The position numbers were made by a program, and so were the translations under genes. A model generated the notes under the pieces. The model was not told where the DNA came from, searched no databases, and saw only the letters and a list, made by a program, of their open reading frames with translations. Below, one piece after another: positions 57,001-64,000 of a stretch of DNA of 64,000 bases. This DNA is from Gekko japonicus (Eukaryota). The DNA is taken from NCBI RefSeq assembly GCF_001447785.1, contig NW_015173690.1:811230-875229 (forward strand), read 5' to 3'. The number at the start of each line of letters is the position of its first letter. Position 1 is the stretch's first letter.

Positions 57001-60000
57001 ACAATCCCGCAGTATCTATAAGACTAAAACAACTTTCTCTAAAGACTAAGCAGTACCTCTCAAAGATACATTACATAAGAGCATTAACTGGTGACAACGG
57101 TTTCATTGAGGCCAAACTATCAACCCCTCCCTACTTCCTCTCAGCTTACACATCCGAATTTTACATCGCTAACCACCTATTGTAATACGCGTTCCTGGGC
57201 AGTATATCCTGCCTAGAGAGATGAGAATATTGAAAACCAGACACCCTCAAATTTGGAGCTTAAAGGTAGAGATGACTGGGCCCTGCGTACACCCTCTGTG
57301 ATCTTGGCCATCACAAAATGGTCCCACACTTTATCCAGCCAAGCTGACACCGTGGGCATGTACGGAGATTTCCAACAAGATGCAATTACCAGGCGTGCTG
57401 TCGCTAGAAGTGTAGATATTACCTCCTCATTCCTTTTATCCAGCTCCACTTCCCACCGATTGAGTAGAAAGACTTCAGGTTTGAAGGTAAGAGTGATCGA
57501 AGTCATGGCTGTGATCTGATTCCGAACCTCTTCCCAGAACTTTCTTATACCCGAACACTCCCACCAACAGTGTAACAGAGGACCGATCCGTCCGCAACCC
57601 TTCCAACAATATGGATCATTAGTTGTTTTTATCTTATGTAGCAATTGGGGGGTCATGTACCATCTAGTACTTAGTTTGAAAAACTGCAGCCTTATATTGA
57701 AAACACTGGAGTTATTGGCGGGGGAAGACCATATAGCACCCCAATCCTCTTCGTTCCATTGCACCATCAAGTCCTCCTCCCACCGGTCTTGAAATTTCAG
57801 TTTCGATCGACTTTCCTCCGCTAAAATGACTTTATACAGTTTGGATAGGGTCCCCTTCGGCGCATTGGGGTAGCATTTGATTATTTTCTCCAGGTCCGTT
57901 AGCTCCCGTTGAAAAGTGCCCATTTCCGTGAGCCGTGCTATAAGCTCTTGTAGTTGCAGGTATTGACACCAAGGAGTTCGTTTCCCCATTATCTGATCAA
58001 AGTGGTGCTTGCTCCGTATTGCCCCTTTATCTACCAGGTCTATAGGGCGGTCTTCTCTTAAAAAAAAAAACCACCCAAAAAACAAAGACACCTGGAAGAA
58101 AAGTTGCATACTGGTTCTCCGCCAGAGGAACTAATTTTCTACGTTTGGGGAAAGATTCTCTTTGTTTTAATGTGAACTACCTGATCCTTTTAACTGGAGA
58201 TGTTATGGACTGAACCTGGTACTTTATGCATACAAAAGGGCTTCTAGAGAGATTTTATTTGAAGCAGATACTCTGATAACGGCTTCACCTGCATCATCAC
58301 ATGAGAGTTGGATATCATACTACAGTTTTGTCCCAGCCTTATTCCTAGGATCACAGGGTTGCATATATAATTCTCCTCCTCTTTCACCCACCCCTGTAAT
58401 GAAGCAAGTTAAGCTGAGGGTGTGTAACTGGTCCACTAAATTGGGATTTGAACCCAGTTATCCCGAGTCACACTCTAACCTCTAACCTACACTGGCTCTC
58501 CTGGGGCTCAGCTGCTCCTGTGATTAAACATTTCCAATAAATGCCTCTGTTTTGCATTTCCTTGTATGGGCAGAGAAAACCACTAGAATTTAGTGATTAT
58601 CTTAACAGGAATATAGGGAGAATCAATTATAATGCTTTAATGCATTACTTTTTCATAATACCATCACCAGATGGTTTCAGTTGTGGTTTCTGTCCTCATA
58701 TAGCAGCTTGGACTGCTTGGGTTTGAGCCACTTCAGTGTCCTCTTGTATCATGGTATTAATGATTTAAAGGCACCTTGCAAATGTGAAACACTGTAATGA
58801 GTACTAGCAAGAAAGGGGGAAGCTTTGTCAGCTTCAGCTGGGAAGCTCAAAATACTTGGCTCACCTCACTCAGAAAATGTAATGACCACAGAGGTCTTGT
58901 AAAATCTTTTTCTAAGATCTGCATTTCCCTTCCCCAATTCATTAGTCTGTGTGGTATTAGACTGAACGGTTTAGAACTGAATCTTAGTTAAAAGGCCCTG
59001 TGCAAGAAGCCTCTAGGCCAAGCCAGTGCCTGGAAAGGCTGGGGAAGAGAGGCTGAGGAACTTGCCTGGGTCTCCCTCTTAGGACAAAGTTCCTTTCACT
59101 ATCTTATATGCACATATTGACAGCTGAGATCCATAAGTAGTTTTGGGCCATCCACCAGTTGGCAGTTCTGCTGGAGATTAAAGGATCCAGAGGTATTGTG
59201 AATAGTGCATGACACCTCTTTAAATGCATACACCCCAACAGTGGATCCAGTGCTTCTATGGTGAGGTTTGGGCCAGAAACGTGGACTCCTTTTATTTTAT
59301 GTGTTAAAAGACACCTTCCTACAGTTGTGGTGATCTGAAGATTATCCATTCTTCCTTCATGAAGCATAATTTTCAATTACCTAAACGAATAGTGCATGAC
59401 ACCTCTTTAAATGCACACACCCCAACAGTGGATCCAGTGCTCCTTAACAGGTGGCTATGGTGAGGTTTGGGCCAGAAACTTGGACTCCTTTTATTTTATG
59501 TGTTAAAAGACACCTTCCTACAGTTGTGGTGATCTGAAGATTATCCATTCTTCCTTCATGAAGCATAATTTTCAATTACCTAAACGTGTGTTCAAAGAGT
59601 AGCCCATGTACATTTCTTAGCAGATTATACAGCCTATGATAGCCCCATTTACAATGTTCTTTCCATTATGGACAAGAAAAAACTGTATGAGCGAGCCTGT
59701 AGAATGAGGAATAGGTAGTCTGCCATGCCTGAAAGCTATGCCACATGTGGCCCTGAACATTCATCCAGTAATCTGCCCTGAGGAAAAATTAGCTCTCAGC
59801 CCAAATACACAATTTGCTTCTTTTAAGTATGATAACAAAGCCTTATGACCCTCCCTGAGACCTTTGTTAGGTTTTTATAATCAGGTAGCTTTATCTTCAA
59901 TTATGGCCATCTTTGAAAGTGAAAACATAATCCTAAAATACTTTTGTTGCTGTAGGGTCACTAAAGTATCATATAAAAACGCACTGTGAAATCTGTTCTC

Positions 60001-61723
60001 TTGGACGTCTGTCCCAGTTACCTTTCACTTTTTTTCAGGTGCAATGTGTGTGGCAAAGAATTCTATGAGAAAGCTTTGTACAGACGGCATGTCAAGAAAG
60101 CCACTCATGGGAAGAAAGGGAGAGCAAAACAGAACTTGGAACGTATTTGTGAACATTGTGGGAGGAAATTCACTCAACTTCGGGAGTACAGAAGACACAT
60201 GAATAACCATGAGGGTAACCATGATATGTTGGATGTTCAGAGAAATGAATCATAAGCAATTTATTTAGTTTAGAAACAACAAAATATCCTGTTGGATCTG
60301 GAGAAATTCAAGGACATTTGCAGATGCAGGTTTTTCTCTCCCTCAATCTCCTCTCTCCCCTGACAACTATTCCCTGAGACATCCAGTAAGCTGATGGAGG
60401 TCACAGGATACACATGGGCAAAAGAAAAAGGTAGCCTGGAGGAGGTGAAGCCAAATGAAACCTCATCTTTCAGTAGTATTTCTGTGTGCAAAAGCTGGCA
60501 CAAAAGCTGGCAGTTTCCCCTAATTTTCCATTTTCACTGTTGCCCCACACCACCTCACTCATGGCTTGTGGCTTTTTTGTCCATGTGGGTGGTGCTGCTC
60601 TAGCATCAACTTTTGAGAGGTCTCAAGAATTGTCTGTGGAAAGAGGGGTGACTGGNNNNNNNNNNAAAGAGTGGTGACTGGAAAGGTCTACATCTGCATT
60701 TGCTTTCCACTGGTCCTTCATTGGATCCGAACTGTTAAATTGTTGGGGGAAACAGTTCCTGTCAATATTGCTTTTACAGTACTGAAAACATTAAGAGTTG
60801 AATGTAAATGTACACTCTTTGCAGAGCCTGAGAACAAATATGCAACATCTAGATATCAATTACTGTCTTAACCCGCTAAAAGTTGGCTGTATCTTTGTAT
60901 CACAGACTATAGCATCTTTCAAGAATATTTCATAATCCCTCCCAGGAGGCTGTTCCTTACCTATTTAATACGGTTTCTGCATGTTACATATCATATATAA
61001 GAACTCAGAGTGACTGTGGTTGAGAATGGTATATCTTGGCATGAAGACATTAACCAGTGAAAGGGGACCTTTTAGATTCAGTGTTTTCTATTGTAATCTG
61101 TGGAGACTGAGCCTTCAGAGCGATTGCTACCAACTTACTTTTGCAGAGGTGATTTTGCTTAGCCTTACAAAGGCTTTTAACTTTTCTTTATTTTCATGTT
61201 TTGTTGACTAGGAGTTAAGCCCTTCGAATGTCTCACCTGTGGAGTAGCTTGGGCTGATGCACGTTCTTTAAAGCGCCATGTAAGGTCACATACTGGAGAG
61301 CGGCCCTATGTTTGTCCAGTGTGCAATGAAGCCTACATAGATGCTCGTACCTTGAGGAAGCATATGACCAAGTTCCACCGGGATTATGTACCTTGTAAAA
61401 TTATGCTGGAAAAGGACACACTTCAGTTTCATAACCAGGGGACTCAAGTGGAGCATGCCATCAGTATTTTGACGTCTGATGCAGCAGAACAAGAAACAGA
61501 AATGTGTGATGAACAGATTGAGACAGTTGTAGTAACTGAAGAAACTCTTGAAGCTGTTGCAGCTACTGAAGAGTGTACAACAGTTTCCACTCTTTCTGAC
61601 CAAAGTATCATGCAGGTAGTCAATTACGTATTGGCACAACAGCAAGGACAGAAAATGACTGAGGTTACAGAAGCTATTCAGACTGTAGAAGTAGAGGTAG
61701 AACATGCTTCTGATCAGGACTAA
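41782..61723 (+). CDS. ZBTB11: Zinc finger and BTB domain-containing protein 11: join(41782..42091,46355..46590,48950..49181,50498..51330,51507..51686,52456..52689,54049..54193,56115..56232,60039..60214,61212..61723), 2976 nt, 991 aa as assembled; exon homologous to human exon 9 not found
   Basis: MSSEESY...YWWRGILKQVKDYIKECSKCQ (integrase-type HHCC), BTB domain (FCDVTLLIEG...HKSVLAANSEYF), C2H2 array and C-terminal VSTLSDQSIMQVVNYVLAQQQG. Confidence 0.95.
42482..42694. mobile_element. hAT-type MITE
   Basis: TIR tagggttgcca / tggcaaccata; 8-bp TSD gcccaatc/gcccaatt. Confidence 0.8.
43328..43687. mobile_element. PIF/Harbinger-type MITE, shorter relative of 36489-37076 in the opposite orientation
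   Basis: TIR ggccccggtcacac / gtgtgaccgggtcc; TTT flanks; internal segments are reverse complements of the first copy. Confidence 0.7.
46355..46590 (+). CDS. ZBTB11: ZBTB11 exon 2
   Basis: ILKQVKDYIKECSKCQEKLDRS...KHELVF|gtaagt. Confidence 0.96.
46650..47541 (+). mobile_element. Penelope-like retroelement 3' part (decayed GIY-YIG endonuclease plus pseudo-LTR)
   Basis: ACSKLRCKLC.. then NIVYTIKCQQCPSVLYTGQTGQTLHQRLNGHKSDIK...PVGEHF, a GIY-YIG pattern; 3' pLTR at 47400-47541. Confidence 0.85.
47417..47454 (+). ncRNA. Minimal hammerhead ribozyme motif in the Penelope pLTR
   Basis: gtat-CTGAAGA-a-GTGTG(cagg)CACAC-GAAA-gctt-atgc. Confidence 0.6.
47558..48481 (+). mobile_element. Non-autonomous Helitron
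   Basis: A|TC 5' end, 3' hairpin GCCCGTCGT-8nt-ACGACGGGC, then CTAG|T; no TSD. Confidence 0.85.
48231..48313. repeat. (CCTT)n microsatellite inside the Helitron
   Basis: Read directly. Confidence 0.9.
48950..49181 (+). CDS. ZBTB11: ZBTB11 exon 3 (BTB)
   Basis: VDSKGLVK...FCDVTLLIEGEVYKAHKSVL...AVVDLS. Confidence 0.96.
50498..51330 (+). CDS. ZBTB11: ZBTB11 exon 4
   Basis: FCKASFLPLLEFAYTS...DDTYKSKLRQRSV...KSAIQQ. Confidence 0.95.
51507..51686 (+). CDS. ZBTB11: ZBTB11 exon 5
   Basis: VAMKLVQRGKKMKQPKRD...HKCSECGMIFQRRYALIMHTLKH...YKCP. Confidence 0.96.
52456..52689 (+). CDS. ZBTB11: ZBTB11 exon 6
   Basis: LCKKEFQYGASLRAHLVRH...FICDICGRSLPKLYSLRIHMLKHTGVKPHACK. Confidence 0.96.
54049..54193 (+). 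CDS. ZBTB11: ZBTB11 exon 7
   Basis: ICGKSFTYKHGLKMHLALHEAQKQFKCELCDKSFVTKRSLQEHVSIHT (not in ORF track; translated by hand). Confidence 0.95.
55660..55790 (-). mobile_element. tRNA-derived squamate SINE fragment
   Basis: ggggctgagagagctctg...aaggtcacc...gggaattgaacctggttctcc (B-box-like on the minus strand). Confidence 0.5.
56115..56232 (+). CDS. ZBTB11: ZBTB11 exon 8
   Basis: ESKYFCPHCGKSFHRASGLSKHIKKHQPKPEIRGYQCT+CA|gtaagt. Confidence 0.95.
56943..58057 (-). mobile_element. 5'-truncated L1-clade LINE (ORF2 C-terminus, 3' UTR, short polyA)
   Basis: Open frame with WYMTP...CWKGC...LLHCWWEC..IRKFW (L1 cysteine-rich C-terminus); AATAAA and A-tail at ~56943-56968 on the minus strand. Confidence 0.85.
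59200..59585. repeat. Tandem duplication (187 bp + 199 bp copies)
   Basis: gaatagtgcatgacacc...ttacctaaac twice; the second copy has a ~12-bp insertion and 2-3 SNPs. Confidence 0.9.
60039..60214 (+). CDS. ZBTB11: ZBTB11 exon equivalent to human exon 10
   Basis: CNVCGKEFYEKALYRRHVKKATHGKKGRAKQNLERICEHCGRKFTQLREYRRHMNNHE. Confidence 0.95.
61212..61723 (+). CDS. ZBTB11: ZBTB11 terminal coding exon
   Basis: VKPFECLTCGVAWADARSLKRHVRSHTGERPYVCPVC...EHASDQD*. Confidence 0.96.
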
Positions 61724-61970
61724 ACATAAGTGCTCTCTGATGCAGAAGAGGATGACCTGAATGGAACAGCATGCAGCTATCAAATTATTACCAGTCAGAA
61801 TGATTGGACTCGTATAGAAATATAGTTCCAGAACCATGTTCTGAGTTTCTTGGCTGTATAATACCAACTTCTGTAATTAAAAGAAATATTGGAGACCTGC
61901 AGCATAAACCATGGTCATGTACTAAGATTACTGCATCCATTGTAATCATTTCATTAAAAAGTAATCTAAA

Positions 61971-61976
61971 AATAAA
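61971..61976 (+). terminator. ZBTB11: Candidate proximal polyA signal of ZBTB11
   Basis: AATAAA ~250 nt after the stop; the UTR may extend further. Confidence 0.45.
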
Positions 61977-64000
61977 GTCTTCTATGTGATGGTGGTAGAT
62001 ATGTTGTAGTCTTTTTTTTCTCTGCAGATTTTATTTTATATATATAAAATANNNNNNNNNNNNTGTACATACATACACCTACAGAGTAATTCATTGTATC
62101 AAAAGATAAGCCATATTTACTCATAAGACATATTGAAGACTAGGCGGGGCTGTGCACACAGAGCTAATTATGAATCATTTGTTGATGCAGGTGAATATTG
62201 TGGTCAAAGGTATGATTGTGTACAGTGGTCAGTTTGACATGCTTATTTGTTCATATCTCTGCACAGCTTTTTTGTATTCAAGTCTAACATAGAAAGCTAC
62301 AATTTTTTGTGCTGAGGTTTTCTTAATTAAGTTGTAATCAAGTGCGATCTTTGCAAAGCACACTGTGGCAGGCAGTCTCACAGGGAAACGAATATAGATG
62401 AATGTATAAATCCCTGCAGTTACCATTTTTGTTTTCTTTTGCATAACCCCAGTCCTTTTAAGGTTGCAGTGTTTGAGACAAGAAAAACATGTTTGTACAT
62501 TTTATTTATATACGTTTTTGTAAAGTCATGTATTTAAAAAGAAATATGAATCAAAAGGACTAAAGAACAAAAAAGTATTGTTGTATATATGAACTTATTT
62601 TTGAATATTATAAATTTTGGTTCACAAGCTGACAGAACCAGTGCTTTGGAGTCTGTTGTGAAACGTGCTTCAAAATGGAGATTGTGTAAAACTGTCTTAT
62701 TTCTTGCACCTATATTTATGTTCATTGCTAAGCTACAGGCCACAGCTGAGTCTGTCTAAACAGAAAAGGTAGAATTGTTTAGTGTGTTAACAATTATTAT
62801 GGATCAGTAATGAAATATTTAGGAAAATTTAGATGTAGTGTACCTATGTTGCCTTGAAACAAGAAAAGACAGCATTTTAAGTGAAGGATGGGGAGCTATA
62901 CCAGCTGGCAGTAGCTTTCCTGCCAGCTCTTGCACACTAGAATCAGGGCATGGACCACCTAGTGAATATACATCTTGCTTATAGTTTATTGTTCTAGAAA
63001 TTCTCTGCATGAGTGTCCATTCTCCATACCTATCGCACAAATTTTCAGTGGTCAAAGGACATCTCTGCTGTTCAAATTACAAGCACATCTCTGCTGTTCA
63101 AATACTTCCAGAGACTTTGCCAGTGACAACATGAGGGCATCTTGTTTCCATGAAGAGACAAATAAGTATAGCTATGCAGAAGATTAATCACTACATTAAA
63201 CTGATAAAATGTGTGTGGTATGTGTATCAATTTTCCACTTTCACCTTTGTTATGAAATTCTAACTAAATGCTGGTATTTGGCAAAAGCTGGTGTTTTAAT
63301 GGGCCCAAGCACTAGTCTTTCTCAGTATGTTAATGAACACAAAGAGTAGTGGGTTAAAGAATGCTGTGTTGTTGCTGGCTAGCAGAAGTATGCTAGCAAA
63401 TGCTTATCATTTGATCATGATTTTGACAAATAAGTGCTGGTGTTCTTTCTGAGCTGTTACAAAATTTCTGTACTGAGGAGGGAAGATCTCTTTTATAATG
63501 GAAATGTGTGTGTGTTCAGGATTTTAACTCTTGGCCTCAAAATTAAAGTTTATCCTAGTGGAAAGAACCTCTTCTTAAATATAAAATTTGAAATTGTCCC
63601 TGCAGTGGTTAAGTACAGAAAAATTGTTTTCTCTGACAAGGTTTTTTAAAAGCTTTCCTAGTACTTCTTTTGCCTCTTCAAAGTGGCATTAAGGCTGTGT
63701 GTTTAGTTAATTTTCTTCTAACTATTTAAAGGCATAGGATGCTTTTATTTATTACTGTTATTTAAGTAGATAATTTGTATCCTGCCCTTACGAGAGCCAC
63801 CATGGTGGTTAACAATATAAAACATGCTAAAATTACATTTTAAAGCAGCTTTGTAACATTAGCATTTGTTAACCTTCATATCTTACTAAGGTTATAGACC
63901 TTAACACAGCAGCACCCGGCTACAATCAAATTCTCAAGTAGCTGGCCAGGGCACAGATAATCTAATACCGCAGGTGTGCTGGCTTTTTCTGGGGAGGGAA

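Noticed and set aside
57213-58109. 298-aa minus-strand ORF
   Set aside because: C-terminal part of a 5'-truncated L1 ORF2; no endonuclease or RT core, and the start lies in flanking low-complexity sequence.
61286-61867. 193-aa antisense ORF over the last ZBTB11 exon
   Set aside because: Shadow frame of a coding exon; no independent evidence.

Overview
This is vertebrate genomic DNA, almost certainly from a squamate reptile. Sauria SINEs, RTE-BovB, CR1, L2 and Penelope elements are present, and several MITEs resemble gecko families, though the species cannot be fixed from the sequence. The window holds the conserved CEP97-RPL24-ZBTB11 block. CEP97 is on the minus strand (11 coding exons, 30891->5912, ~875 aa). 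RPL24 is on the plus strand (6 exons, 31204-38542, 157 aa) and lies head-to-head with CEP97 across a ~260-bp promoter. ZBTB11 is on the plus strand (41782-61723). All exon boundaries were read by hand, have GT-AG ends and give consistent phases. Main oddities: (1) the ZBTB11 exon encoding two C2H2 fingers (human exon 9) is absent from a gap-free intron, yet the flanking exons still join in frame; (2) ZBTB11 intron 2 has a Penelope element with a hammerhead-ribozyme core, followed directly by an intact non-autonomous Helitron; (3) the last CEP97 intron has a CpG-rich L1-like 5' end between ~110-bp inverted repeats, with a splice donor in frame with the last exon; (4) RPL24 shows an FQ->GH change; (5) ZBTB11 has an AT-hook-like motif. 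No prokaryote-type system or wholly new gene family is supported. The assembly has N gaps and near-identical tandem duplications, so artefacts must be excluded. Comparisons to human proteins are from memory, not from an alignment run.
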